A DNA stretch of 64,000 nt from a virus (IMGVR_UViG_3300031992_000076:13904-77903); one strand, 5' to 3'; positions 1-10,600 are shown, counted from the stretch's first letter. A program made the numbers and translations. The notes: a model not told the origin generated them from the sequence alone.

Positions 1-2
1 TA

Positions 3-455
3 GCTGCAGTTAATGCGGGAACCGCTCAGAGTGTAGCTACAACAAATCAAGTTTATCATGATGTTGTTGGTTATGTTGGAGATAAATATGATGAGCTTGC
101 TAGAGATATTTATGGAGTAGGTACTAGTGTTCAGCAAGCAATTGCTAATCAGAATGAATGCTGCTGCAGTACCAAGATGCTTATTGCTGACTCCGTTGCT
201 GGTATTAATGCAGGTATTGCACAGAATAGATACGATGCAGCAATGAATACTGCAGCTATCAATGCGAATACAACAGCTCAGACTCAGAAGATTCTTGATG
301 CTATTACTGGTAACAGAATGGCTGATATGCAGCAACAGATTAACGACTTACAGCTTCAGAACCAGCTTCAAACTGTAGTTCGTTATCCTAGCAATACTTT
401 TTATGCAGTTCCCTCACCTTGTTTTAATACAGGCTGTGGATGCGGAAATATTTAA
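3..455 (+). CDS. 5'-truncated hypothetical protein with CCC motif and Cys/Gly-rich C-terminus (spore-coat-like cassette)
   Basis: Frame is open from position 3 (AAVNAGTAQ...NQNECCCSTK) into the listed 177..455 ORF; ends PSPCFNTGCGCGNI. Confidence 0.75.
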   Translation, partial: AAVNAGTAQSVATTNQVYHDVVGYVGDKYDELARDIYGVGTSVQQAIANQNECCCSTKMLIADSVAGINAGIAQNRYDAAMNTAAINANTTAQTQKILDAITGNRMADMQQQINDLQLQNQLQTVVRYPSNTFYAVPSPCFNTGCGCGNI

Positions 456-469
456 TTTAATATAGTATG

Positions 470-503
470 GCGGGAACCGCTTATCACAGGAGCGGATTCC
501 CGC
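470..503 (+). terminator. GC-rich hairpin of the GCGGGA palindromic family, followed by a T-run
   Basis: GCGGGAACCGC...GCGGATTCCCGC then TTTT. Confidence 0.55.
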
Positions 504-528
504 TTTTCAATTAAGGAGGAAAATAAAA

Positions 529-936
529 ATGAGTAAATCAGCAATTTATACTGCTAATTCTTCTGCTCAAAATGTTGCCCTTAATGGGGTAATAAATCCA
601 GGAACTATTATTAGACGTTATGGACCTAATCTCGGATTATCTGGAAATGCTATTCAAATAGATGGTCCTGGTTATTATAACATTCAAGCTAGTATCACCG
701 CAGCACCAACTGCCGCTGGCAATGTAACTATTACAGTATATAAAGATGGTGTTGCAATTCCAGGTGCTACAGCAACACAGTCTACCTCTGTAGCAAATAA
801 TCCACTAAATCTTTCTATTTCTTCTCTTGTTCGAGAATTTTGTTCTTGCTGTGATGGTCTATCTAATTTGACCTTTGTTCTTACCGGCACCGCCGCAGCA
901 ATCTCCAATATCGCTATTGTAGTAGAAAAATTATAA
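529..936 (+). CDS. Small beta-rich protein, BclA-C-terminal/C1q-like jelly-roll suspected
   Basis: AAGGAGG RBS; beta-strand pattern GYYNIQASITAAP...TITVYKDGVAIPGATA; fold is inference. Confidence 0.6.
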   Translation: MSKSAIYTANSSAQNVALNGVINPGTIIRRYGPNLGLSGNAIQIDGPGYYNIQASITAAPTAAGNVTITVYKDGVAIPGATATQSTSVANNPLNLSISSLVREFCSCCDGLSNLTFVLTGTAAAISNIAIVVEKL

Positions 937-1157
937 TGAATAATAATAGCAATCAATTAACTTTTCTTGATATTATTAGTATAATGAGTTTTTGTATTAG
1001 CTTAATGAATTTAGATGAAAATTTATCTCAAGGAGATAAACAAGATTTGCAAAATGATTTAGCTGAAAAAATGAAAATTATACTTAAAGAAATACATAGT
1101 CATTTAGAAGATCAAGATAGGAAAATAGATAAAATATTAGAGGAGGTAACCAAATGA
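936..1157 (+). CDS. Hypothetical coiled-coil protein
   Basis: 73-aa ORF translationally coupled to both neighbours. Confidence 0.7.
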   Translation: MNNNSNQLTFLDIISIMSFCISLMNLDENLSQGDKQDLQNDLAEKMKIILKEIHSHLEDQDRKIDKILEEVTK

Positions 1158-1714
1158 CCATAGATGAAATTTTTAGTCAATTGAGTGAACATATGATTGA
1201 AGGTCTTATGATACATTCACAATTAAGTGATTACTTTGGATTTATTGGGTTAGATGGATACCAAACATGTCATAAATACCACTATTTTATAGAAAACGCT
1301 AATTATAAAAAGTTAGGAGATTATTATCTTCATCATTATAACAAAATAATTACAGAAACTCCATTTAAAAATCCTAATATTATTCCAGAATCATGGTATC
1401 AGTATACTCGATTTGATGTTAATGCAACTACAAGAAAAAATGCGATTCAAGTAGGAATTGAACATTGGGTTACTTGGGAAAATGATACTAAAAAATTATA
1501 TGAAATATTATATCGAGAATTAATAAAATTAAATGAAGTGGCTGCTGCCAAAGAACTTTGTAAATATATTGAAGATGTAGACAAAGAATTATCTGAGGCA
1601 TGCCAAAAACATATAGAACTTACTGCAATTGATTATAATATTTCAGATATAATAGTAGAACAAGAGGAATATAAAAAGAGGTATAAGAAAAAATTAAAGG
1701 AGATTAATCTATGA
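1154..1714 (+). CDS. Ferritin-like four-helix-bundle protein (putative)
   Basis: GAGGAGG RBS; helical, with ExxH-like ligands (HMIEGLMIH, HKYHYFIE). Confidence 0.55.
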   Translation: MTIDEIFSQLSEHMIEGLMIHSQLSDYFGFIGLDGYQTCHKYHYFIENANYKKLGDYYLHHYNKIITETPFKNPNIIPESWYQYTRFDVNATTRKNAIQVGIEHWVTWENDTKKLYEILYRELIKLNEVAAAKELCKYIEDVDKELSEACQKHIELTAIDYNISDIIVEQEEYKKRYKKKLKEINL

Positions 1715-1884
1715 GTAAAATAGAGGAAATAGAACAAGAGATAAAAAAATTAGAAGAAAAAGAATATCTTACTTATGATATTTGTCAAAAATTAGCTATT
1801 CTTTATATTGTAAAAGATCATATGGCGGGCGCCGACCCTAGTTCAAAGATGGGGATGACCGGTCCATCCGCTATGATGAGATAA
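1711..1884 (+). CDS. Small hypothetical protein (57 aa)
   Basis: ATGA overlap with the upstream stop; MSKIEEIEQEIKKLEEKEYLTYDICQKLAILYIVKDH... Confidence 0.65.
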   Translation: MSKIEEIEQEIKKLEEKEYLTYDICQKLAILYIVKDHMAGADPSSKMGMTGPSAMMR

Positions 1885-1926
1885 AAAAAGAGCCTAGTCT
1901 TTAATTAGACTAGGCTTTATTTTTTT
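1883..1926. terminator. Bidirectional intrinsic terminator between convergent units
   Basis: A-run, AGCCTAGTCT/AGACTAGGCT perfect stem, T-run. Confidence 0.9.
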
Positions 1927-1928
1927 GC

Positions 1929-2375
1929 TTATTTTTCTCCAGTTGATCCGAATCCCGCACTACCTCTATCTGTATCGTCAAGATTATCAACCACATTAAA
2001 TTCAATATTAAGATATGGCTGAATAATTAATTGAGCAATACGCTCCTGAGGATCAATATACTGAGTTTCGTCGCTGTCATTATGTAGAGCTACGATAACA
2101 GGACCTCGATAGTCTGAATCAATAACCCCGATGCAATTTGCGGGACGCAAGCTTCGCTTTGTTGCAAGTCCGCTTCGAGCATATATACCCCCAAAATACC
2201 CTTTAGGAATTTCTAAAGAGATTCCCGTATCTACTTTGACTGTTTGATGAGCGGGAATGCAGATTTCTTCATCAGAAGCTGCATATAAGTCCATCCCCGC
2301 AGCTTCAACACTTCCTCTTGTGGGAATCTTTGCCAGTTTATTAAGTAATTTAATATTTACCTCTGTAACTATCAA
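1929..2375 (-). CDS. dut: Trimeric dUTPase
   Basis: Motifs AGMDL, RSG, GVIDSDYRG, RGSAGFGSTG. Confidence 0.97.
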   Translation of the reverse strand: MIVTEVNIKLLNKLAKIPTRGSVEAAGMDLYAASDEEICIPAHQTVKVDTGISLEIPKGYFGGIYARSGLATKRSLRPANCIGVIDSDYRGPVIVALHNDSDETQYIDPQERIAQLIIQPYLNIEFNVVDNLDDTDRGSAGFGSTGEK

Positions 2376-2671
2376 AATTCAATACCGTCACTTTCTTCTT
2401 TTGTTACAATGGGATCTGGAAAAGCTCCCATTTCTACGGCATAAGATACTTCAACTGAACATGAAGGTTCTTTTTCCTGATTGAATTCTTTAATTAACTG
2501 AACTCTATACCAATCATCAACTACTTCACCTTTTGATTTAGTACATTTATATTCAGACGAATATTTTGAAAGAGTATATCCACTTTCCGCCTTGGCATCT
2601 TCGATAAGTTTTTTTGCCTCAACCTCAGAATCTACTCTATACTGTTCTGTTGTTTTAACTAAATATTTCAT
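2372..2671 (-). CDS. Hypothetical protein
   Basis: 99-aa ORF with AGGAG RBS, overlaps dut start. Confidence 0.75.
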   Translation of the reverse strand: MKYLVKTTEQYRVDSEVEAKKLIEDAKAESGYTLSKYSSEYKCTKSKGEVVDDWYRVQLIKEFNQEKEPSCSVEVSYAVEMGAFPDPIVTKEESDGIEF

Positions 2672-2691
2672 CCTTTTATCTCCTTTAAATA

Positions 2692-2943
2692 TTAATGAAT
2701 ATAAAATCTTATATCATTCTTACCAAATTTACAATTTGAAAATTGACTTTCAATTTTATTAGCCATAAATCTACTGCCATGCAAATGAACGTCTTGAATA
2801 TTATATGTATTACATACATTATAAATTGCTTGTCCTAAATTAGCCAATGGAGCCTCTTTAATTTCAACATTACCATTATTATATATTTCTATTTTTTGAT
2901 TTAGAACAAAAGGGCGAATTGAAATTACGACATATTTATCCAT
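2692..2943 (-). CDS. Hypothetical protein
   Basis: 83-aa ORF with AAGGAG RBS. Confidence 0.7.
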   Translation of the reverse strand: MDKYVVISIRPFVLNQKIEIYNNGNVEIKEAPLANLGQAIYNVCNTYNIQDVHLHGSRFMANKIESQFSNCKFGKNDIRFYIH

Positions 2944-2964
2944 TTTCTTCTCCTTTTAAAAATC

Positions 2965-3330
2965 TTATGCTTTAACAATTCCAAATGTGTAATCAAAGAA
3001 GTAATAAGCAAAATTCTCTTTTGTCTCAGGGTCTCTAATCCAAATCTCATAATTACCATCCTTTTGTTTTTCTATATCTAATACTTCTCCTCTATTTAAT
3101 AGTGTTTCCACCATTTCTTTAATAGAGCCTGTGGTTGTTAATAATATAAATACAGTATAATCGCTTCTTTCTTTACACAAAAGCATCCATGTTGTTGATT
3201 TAGCTTCAGTAAAGATATCCTTAATCATATTGCCAACTTTATTCTGTAAAGCAATTATATCAAGCGGTTTTTCTTTACCATAAGCTTGTTTATTAAAATC
3301 ATATAAATTACCAAGTATAATATCTGCCAT
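2965..3330 (-). CDS. Hypothetical protein
   Basis: 121-aa ORF with AAGGAG RBS, downstream of promoter 3354-3382. Confidence 0.75.
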   Translation of the reverse strand: MADIILGNLYDFNKQAYGKEKPLDIIALQNKVGNMIKDIFTEAKSTTWMLLCKERSDYTVFILLTTTGSIKEMVETLLNRGEVLDIEKQKDGNYEIWIRDPETKENFAYYFFDYTFGIVKA

Positions 3331-3353
3331 TTTTTCTCCTTTATTATATAAAT

Positions 3354-3382
3354 ATTATAACATAAATTTTTAAATTTGTCAA
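3354..3382 (-). promoter_or_regulatory. Sigma-A-type promoter
   Basis: TTGACA-17 nt-TATAAT with extended -10 TG. Confidence 0.85.
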
Positions 3383-3870
3383 ATACCTATATAATTCATA
3401 TGATGAATACGCTGATTTGTTGAGCCTCTCCATTTTAAGGTTAAATCTTTTTGTTCCTTAATAAAAGGCCCATCTATCAAAAAATTTATTTTACTTAAAA
3501 TAAAATTAATTGTATCATTATTCTCTTTTTGTAAATCTTCTAATAAATATCCAGTCCAAATAAAAATTTTAATATGTGGGAATCGCATTCTCACATATTT
3601 AATAATATCTTTAACTAACTCCCTATTTTCTGGGCAAAGAGGCTCTCCGCCTAAAATAGATAAATTTCTTTGCACTCCATTTGCAACAAGAGCCATACAA
3701 ATTTGTTCTTTTATGTTTTCTGGAAGCGGGAAGCCACCTTTAAAATTCCATGTTTCTGGATTAAAACATCCAGAACAATGATGGGGACATCCTTGCACCC
3801 AAAAAGATACACAAATGCCCTCACCATTTACAACATCATTTTTATTTAATGCCGCATATCTATACTCCAT
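3379..3870 (-). CDS. nrdG: Anaerobic ribonucleotide reductase activating enzyme (radical SAM)
   Basis: CPHHCSGC radical-SAM motif, DG-F...WRGSTNQR; start set at MEYRY after GGGAGA RBS. Confidence 0.95.
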   Translation of the reverse strand: MEYRYAALNKNDVVNGEGICVSFWVQGCPHHCSGCFNPETWNFKGGFPLPENIKEQICMALVANGVQRNLSILGGEPLCPENRELVKDIIKYVRMRFPHIKIFIWTGYLLEDLQKENNDTINFILSKINFLIDGPFIKEQKDLTLKWRGSTNQRIHHMNYIGI

Positions 3871-5008
3871 TATTTTTTTCTCCCATTTGAAGTTTTTTGC
3901 TATGAACATAGCGGTCTTCAACTTCTGCTTGTTTACCTAAATTAAAAGAAGATTTGTAATCTCCAGTTAAATACCCTGTCACTCTACGTAAATGTTGTAT
4001 ATGGCTGCCGCCGCATTGAGGACAGGTATCATTAATTAGTCCTGTATATCCACAATCTTGACATAAATCACTGGGTACGTTTAAAGCGAAATAGGGGATA
4101 TCTTTATCCATCGCATAATTTACAATAGTTTCGAGAGCATCTATGTTATCTAATATAGCACCTTCAAGTTCTACATAAGTAATACATCCCGCAGAACTGT
4201 ATCCTGTCAATTGAGATTCAATATCAATTTTCTCAAAAGGAGAAATTTCTTTCCAGACGGGTACATGCATGGAATTAGTAAAATATTCTCTATCACTTAC
4301 ATTAGGGATTTCTCCATATTGAGCTTTAAATTTCTGCATACTAGTATAGCAGAGGTTTTCAGCTGGAGTCATATATACACCAAAATTAAGTCTATATTCT
4401 TCTTTAAACTCGGCACAACGGTCTTTAAATAATTGCTCTATCTGTTTAGCCAACCTCATACCTTTTTCTGTTGTGTGATCACATCCTATAAGAATTTGAA
4501 GTGTTTCGGCTAAGCCAATTTGACCTAATGCAAGTGTGCCATGCTTTAAAGCGCTACGAATACCTTCTTCTGGAATATATCCTGCCATTACATTATTTTC
4601 ATACATAAATTTTGCGGAAGATGGATCTTGACTACATATATATTCAAAACGCTCAATCAATCCATCTTTAGTGTCATGAATTGCTTCATCAAGAAGTTCC
4701 ATAAAATCTGTTATCAAATCTTTTATATTATCATTTGGTCCAGCTTCTTTTAAAGTTTTATTATAATATTCTTTTGCTTCCATGGCTATCGTTGGAAGAA
4801 TTATAGTTGCAGGACATATATTACCTCGTCCATCTTTTTGAGCAGCAGAAATATAATTATCATATAAATATCCTGTTTCTATTACTGATTGAATATTCAT
4901 TTGGTAGGAATTGAACGCGTTAATGTCTGCCCCATTCTGGGTTCTGCATCCCATGGTCGAGAACAATTCTACCGGAGTCTCGGTCTGTTTAATTCTTATT
5001 TTTTTCAT
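3860..5008 (-). CDS. nrdD: Class III ribonucleotide reductase, C-terminal fragment
   Basis: FSTMGCRT finger-loop Cys, CQDC/CPQC Zn site, RRVTGYL glycyl-radical loop; own AGGAGG RBS 9 nt upstream of ATG 5008. Confidence 0.9.
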   Translation of the reverse strand: MKKIRIKQTETPVELFSTMGCRTQNGADINAFNSYQMNIQSVIETGYLYDNYISAAQKDGRGNICPATIILPTIAMEAKEYYNKTLKEAGPNDNIKDLITDFMELLDEAIHDTKDGLIERFEYICSQDPSSAKFMYENNVMAGYIPEEGIRSALKHGTLALGQIGLAETLQILIGCDHTTEKGMRLAKQIEQLFKDRCAEFKEEYRLNFGVYMTPAENLCYTSMQKFKAQYGEIPNVSDREYFTNSMHVPVWKEISPFEKIDIESQLTGYSSAGCITYVELEGAILDNIDALETIVNYAMDKDIPYFALNVPSDLCQDCGYTGLINDTCPQCGGSHIQHLRRVTGYLTGDYKSSFNLGKQAEVEDRYVHSKKLQMGEKNNGV

Positions 5009-5552
5009 TCTCATAATCCTCCTTAAACTTCCAAATATAACCTCCAGCAGTTTTTTGTTTTCCATGAAGCACGGTTGAAATGCCACCTTTCCAAATATTA
5101 TTTTTTTCTCCTGCTTCAAGAACACTATCATATTCCGCAATAAAATTACCTTTTAAATCAAGTTGCACGACAGGTTTTTTAGGAGGTCTACCTTTAAAAC
5201 CATTAGCCTTCGCGGATTCATATTGATGTTGACGAGCAAGAGGAAAAGAAACATTTTCTGCATGAGTACACCATCTTAAATTATTTACATTATTATTTAA
5301 TTTATTGCCATCTATATGGTCTACTTTATTTCTACCTAATTTAATATCTTCTTCGGTTTTTGGAATAAAAGTTTCAGCAACTATTTTATGTACCATTCCA
5401 AAACTTAGGGCATAATAGCCCCAATCATTAATTTTTAACTCTATTAAGTTTCCATCTCTTTTTATGTTGCCAAAATTAGAAACTTCCCAAGTACTAGCAT
5501 AAGGATGCTTATCATCTTTTAAATCTCTAAACACTTTCCATATTTCTTTCAT
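4989..5552 (-). CDS. Free-standing HNH homing endonuclease (NUMOD4/HNH_3 plus NUMOD1-type tail)
   Basis: WEVSNFG, VHKIVAETF, VDHIDGNKLNNNVNNLRWCT, C-terminal GGISTVLHGKQKTAGGYIW; own GAGGAGG RBS. Confidence 0.92.
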   Translation of the reverse strand: MKEIWKVFRDLKDDKHPYASTWEVSNFGNIKRDGNLIELKINDWGYYALSFGMVHKIVAETFIPKTEEDIKLGRNKVDHIDGNKLNNNVNNLRWCTHAENVSFPLARQHQYESAKANGFKGRPPKKPVVQLDLKGNFIAEYDSVLEAGEKNNIWKGGISTVLHGKQKTAGGYIWKFKEDYENEKNKN

Positions 5553-5553
5553 A

Positions 5554-6930
5554 TTAAGCATCCTCCTCTTCGTAAATTTCAAGCATTAAAATATTTTGTA
5601 ATTCAGGATTTTCTTCTAATCTTTGAATTAAAATACTATATTGACTTTCAGATAAAGAATTTATATATTCTTCTTTTTGTTTTCTATCATAGCTTATCCA
5701 ATCTTTCTGCATTTGAACATCGCAGTTCGCGTAATTAGGATACAATCTCTTGGCCGTAGATTCAAGAGCTAATCTATATAAATCATAATTCGGGTCACCA
5801 GGTTTGCGATTCACACCACTCATACATTGGAATATTGAACAAGGGAAGATAGGAGTTTTATGGAACTTGCCCACACCCTTTATGCTTCCTTCAAGAAGAG
5901 CTTTTATTACCATTCTACCCTCGGGAAGGGTGCATGTACCAAAGTTGATACTTGTGAACGGGAGCTGATTTCCCGACCTAGATTGGAGAGTATTGAGGTT
6001 GTGAAACATTCCCTCAACTGCCTGCTGTGTTTCTTTAATTGTCATATCCATAGCATATTTATATACTTTGGGAAACATTTTATATTCTGGGGCATCAATA
6101 TTCATTTCTTCTGCAGATTTCCAAGTATCTATAACTCCATCACTTGTTTCTTTAAATATACTTGCATCTTCTATATAATACATTCCATCTTTGAAATGCT
6201 TTCTAAAGCTTTTTCTAACATATGGAACCATAGTCCAATCTAAATGAGTCGCAGCGACTCCGCCAAATTGCTGTAGAGACTGAAGCTGAAATATCACAGC
6301 TATAAGTTGAAATGCGGTGTTTACACTATTTGCAGGACGTACATCTGTTTGTCTTGTATTAAAACCTTTTGCAAGTAAATCATCAAAAGGGATAGAAAGA
6401 CAGTTATGATCACCGAGTGCATAATCTGATAAATCATGAATATAAATTCTATTATTTACATGATTAAATTTTGCTTTTTCAGATACGCAATTATCAAGTG
6501 CATATTCTTTCATTAGTACAGAGTCAGCTTCTCCTTTGCGCCCCCCAAAACTATGTTCATCAAGATTTGCATTTTGATTTTGAACATTCGTGGCTTGAAG
6601 TTTTTCTTTGATAACCTCCATCATATGGTTATTCCATTTACGAACTTTATCTCGATCATGGCGGTATTCAATGTAGGCAGTTGCTACATCTTTTCTCTTT
6701 GTAGACATAAGTCCATGCTCAACAAGAGTTTGAATATCATCAATAGTCAGTTCATTGGGTAAGCCACTCATATATCCTTCAATATAATCTGCAATATTTT
6801 GAGCCTTATCTTCTGCATATTCAGAAATATCTCCATCTACATCTTTAAAAGCGGCAAGAACAGCATCTTTAATTTTTTGTGGATTAAATAGTTGGCGAGT
6901 ACCATCTCTTTTTATAATATAAAAATCCAT
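5554..6930 (-). CDS. nrdD: Class III ribonucleotide reductase, N-terminal fragment with ATP cone
   Basis: IIKRDG ATP cone, IYIHDL, HNCLS, QFGG, TPIFP, KRLYPNYAN; stops before FSTMGC. Confidence 0.92.
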   Translation of the reverse strand: MDFYIIKRDGTRQLFNPQKIKDAVLAAFKDVDGDISEYAEDKAQNIADYIEGYMSGLPNELTIDDIQTLVEHGLMSTKRKDVATAYIEYRHDRDKVRKWNNHMMEVIKEKLQATNVQNQNANLDEHSFGGRKGEADSVLMKEYALDNCVSEKAKFNHVNNRIYIHDLSDYALGDHNCLSIPFDDLLAKGFNTRQTDVRPANSVNTAFQLIAVIFQLQSLQQFGGVAATHLDWTMVPYVRKSFRKHFKDGMYYIEDASIFKETSDGVIDTWKSAEEMNIDAPEYKMFPKVYKYAMDMTIKETQQAVEGMFHNLNTLQSRSGNQLPFTSINFGTCTLPEGRMVIKALLEGSIKGVGKFHKTPIFPCSIFQCMSGVNRKPGDPNYDLYRLALESTAKRLYPNYANCDVQMQKDWISYDRKQKEEYINSLSESQYSILIQRLEENPELQNILMLEIYEEEDA

Positions 6931-6998
6931 TAAATTTACCTCCCTAATTATTATTATTTTAAGGTTTGTAAATATATTTGAAAAACACAATATATTGT

Positions 6999-7241
6999 TT
7001 AACTATTTTTGTCCTGTTGAAGTTCTAGCATACGACGGCAAATATACCATTTAGCTTTTTCTAAATCTTCAATTTCTTTAGAGGGATCTTTTCGTCCAGC
7101 TCTAGAAATATATTTAATAGCATTACCAAGACAAAAACCCAATTCCCAATCTTCAATTACCTCAATTGGTTCATATTTACGATTAGCCGTATAATGAGCA
7201 GGTTTATTTATATTATCATAATTTTGATTTACATTATCCAA
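6999..7241 (-). CDS. DUF3310-family phage protein
   Basis: INKPAHY...FCLGNAIKYISRAGRK...DLEKAKWY. Confidence 0.85.
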   Translation of the reverse strand: MDNVNQNYDNINKPAHYTANRKYEPIEVIEDWELGFCLGNAIKYISRAGRKDPSKEIEDLEKAKWYICRRMLELQQDKNS

Positions 7242-7542
7242 GAATATCTTCTCCTTTTTTGGTTATTGTAGCACCTAAAATTTTTTGTCCACAAAACATC
7301 ATATTTAAAATACCATCTAAATCATCAAATAAAATTTCTTCTTTGCGTCCCTTACATCCAATAGACATATAAGAACTCCAGCTCATTGGCTGTATAATAG
7401 ATAAATTCATTTTTTGAGATTGCTTTAAAATATTATTAGCTGCTATTTCTGTAGTGGTGATAATTCTTGCATTGGTAAAATGACTTAATATTATTAATGA
7501 AGTTGTTTTTCCTTGACCTCTAAATAATTCAATTATTTTCAT
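7234..7542 (-). CDS. Hypothetical protein with P-loop-like N-terminus
   Basis: RGQGKTT and ILFDD motifs in a 102-aa ORF. Confidence 0.6.
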   Translation of the reverse strand: MKIIELFRGQGKTTSLIILSHFTNARIITTTEIAANNILKQSQKMNLSIIQPMSWSSYMSIGCKGRKEEILFDDLDGILNMMFCGQKILGATITKKGEDILG

Positions 7543-7556
7543 TTGTTTTCTCCTAT

Positions 7557-7600
7557 GCGGCGGCCAGTTAGAGATCTTAGGGTCTCGTCCCGGCGCCTGC
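7557..7600. repeat. GCGG-family palindromic element, probable terminator of dnaE
   Basis: GCGGCGGCCAG...CCGGCGCCTGC with inner GAGATC/GGTCTC stem. Confidence 0.6.
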
Positions 7601-7602
7601 TT

Positions 7603-10600
7603 TTATTCATCATAATCATCTTCAAAAATTCCATTTGAAGTGGTAGCTCTTTCATGTTGTAACTTTATATCTGAACCAATAATATCTGTAATCAAATAGA
7701 GCTGGTGCCCGATAGTTCTACTATATGTTTTTGCTACCATAGTATCATCTCGCCGAAATCCAGTAATCATGAGTTTTGTACCTCGTTTAAACCATCCGCG
7801 TTCGACAATTTTTTTCGTTCCATCAGGTTGAAGTTCACTAATCTGGCGTTTAAACATACTATAATATTCTCCAGTAAACTTAACATTCACTACTCCAGTT
7901 GTAGTTAAAAGACTTATACTATGACGATTATCATTTTTTGTAAGTACTGTTCCTGCTATTCTATATAATTTATAAATAGGAATATTATTATTACCACGCT
8001 TCCAAAAATATTCCACTTCTTCAGACTGAAGTTGATTAAAATCTACTATATTATATTTTTTATTATCTACATCTATTAATTCATGAGGGCCGTGATAAAA
8101 GCATAATGCATCCATCTCCCAGGCGGAAGGTGTTCCCGCAGCATATTTTTTCCAAACTTCCATAAATAATATATCATTATATTTATTTAATACATAAGTT
8201 TGATTTTCTTTTAACCAATCTCGTGCTTTATCCATATATATCTGATAAATGTTATCCCATTCCCGCTGATTAATGCACATCTTTTCATCTATTGTTTTTA
8301 TTTTATCTGAATATGCAGATAAAAATTTATTAATAAAATCAATAGCCGTATTATCTAAAATAAACCATTCTTTATACTTAAATGCTTTTAAATATTTATT
8401 AAAATTAAATATTCTTATTTGCATTTCTAATTCTTTAGGAACTAAACCATGCAAAATTAAACCATTAAAATTCTGAAGTGTTAATCTTTTTTTAGGTTCA
8501 CATATTTGAGATATATAATATGCCATTATTTCTTTTCTATTGTTTAATTTAGTTTCTATTTCATCAAATGCCCCACTTTTAATTAACATTATCATTGGAA
8601 CTTTTGTAAGCGGGCATCGAACCATGAAATCTTTAATTCCAGTATAAGGGCGCCCGCCCTTTATCTTCTCTATTGTTTCAGCATTTACATTACTTAATGC
8701 TTTTAATCCATAAAGAATTCTATTATTTGCTATATCTGGTTCGAATCCATAATCAGATGTATTTATATTAACAAGAGAAACTTCAATACCATGAGAAGTG
8801 ATTTCACCAATAGCTTTAGCCACTTTAGCAAAATCTGTACCTTTCTCTTTTTTCTTTACAGTTCCTTCTTCATCTTCATCATATTGATCATTATCTTCTT
8901 CAAGACTACCGCTATTAACTACTAAACAAGCCGTATCCCAATATATAGGATTCCATCGTGTAGCTAAATATGCAGTTTGATATCCGATGAATGAGTATGC
9001 TGTTGCATGAATCACGCTAAAAGAATATCCCATCTGGGGTCCTACACCACATTCCCAAATATATTTGCCTAACATGGCGGATGATGCCTGATTCATAATT
9101 TTTTCTTTTAATTCTGGAATTTTAGACATTTGTTTTTTACCAACTATTTTTCTTGCCGCATTTGCTTCAGCAAGAGTAAAGTGACAAATATCTTCATCCA
9201 TAAGCATCATCATTAACTGCTCCTGTGAGGGTGGAACTCCATATGAAGATTTGAAGTATGGTTCAACCGCTTTAATTTCATTATCAGTTAAATGAGCTTT
9301 TTTCATTTCATCATACCAAAGTTTAATATTATTCTTGTAACGAATATATTTATCCATTGGCGTTTCTGCACCTTTTTCAGCAGTCATAAGTCGCATCAAA
9401 CCATTTGCGTCACTTAACTCAATCATGTTCTTTGGTGCAATTTTCTTAGCGGCTTGGCTTCCTATATCTGAATCAAACTGAAAGATATTTAAAATCTTTC
9501 CTTCTTGAATATTCTTCCATGTTGCTTCATCTTCTATATCTAAAACATCGGGATGAAAGTATTTATTATATACTTCTCTTAATGTTAAATCTTTTTCAAT
9601 TTCTCCATTCTCTTGTAAAAACTTAATACATTGTGCAATCTTATCCTGTACTTCTGTTAACAAGAAATCGTACTTCGTCATACCTGCGGCCTCCGCCATA
9701 TGCAAGTCGTACTGAGTTGTAATTTCCCCATTTGGCGCTTTCATGAAACAACCAAATTCATATGGATCTTCATCAAACAAAATTACACCAGATGCATGAA
9801 TACCTCTACGAGAGATAAGTCCTTCAATACCTAACATAATATCAAGAAGACCTGGATAATTATTAACTTCATTAATAAAAGTCGTAACTGGCTTTCTATC
9901 TTTTTCTGGATTGCCATATATTACTTCTTTTAACGTCCATAAAAATCCTCTCTCTTGTGGAATGAGTGAACTAAGATACTGCGCTGTGTCAACATCAATT
10001 CCATTAGGATAATTTTCAGAACGATAACCTCTACAACTTGTTAAAATCGTACTCTTTGTAGTTTCGGTCCCATATGTGGCGACCATCGTGCATCCCAGGT
10101 TCTTGCGAGATATTTCATCTATTTCAGGTTTAAAATTCTTACCACGCTCTTCTTTAATTTTCTGAATGATAATAGGTCTTTTACTAGGACATAAATCCAA
10201 ATCTATATCACCTAACTCAACTCGTTCTTTATTCAAATATCTCCAGAATGGGAAGTTCCATTTCAAGGGGTCGAGCTGTGTAACACCTAATAAATAATGA
10301 TTAAGACCAGAACAAGATGAACCACGTCCCGCACCTACTATCGAACCACATTCCCAAAACATATCTACATAATGAGCAAGAGTTATAGGATAAAGAAAAA
10401 GGTTAGTATGAAGTTTTTCGCTAATAACTTTTTTAATATCAGCTTCTTCTTCAAGTCTTTCTAAATATCTTGTTTCAAATAAATTTTTTTCTTTTAATTT
10501 ATTTATACAAGTATTTACCCAATATCTTTCAGCTTTATCATCAGAAGAAAACATTGAATTAAGAGTAGGATATTTTTCTGATGCTTTACCCATTACTTTT

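Noticed and set aside
4960-5730. Group I intron in nrdD
   Set aside because: Only about 30 nt lie between the HNH stop and resumed NrdD homology. I found no P7/P9 core or terminal G context, and each fragment has its own RBS.
4960-5730. Split intein in nrdD (CDVQ... / MKKIRIK...)
   Set aside because: No TxxH block B and no His-Asn followed by Cys/Ser/Thr; the fragments are too short for intein halves.
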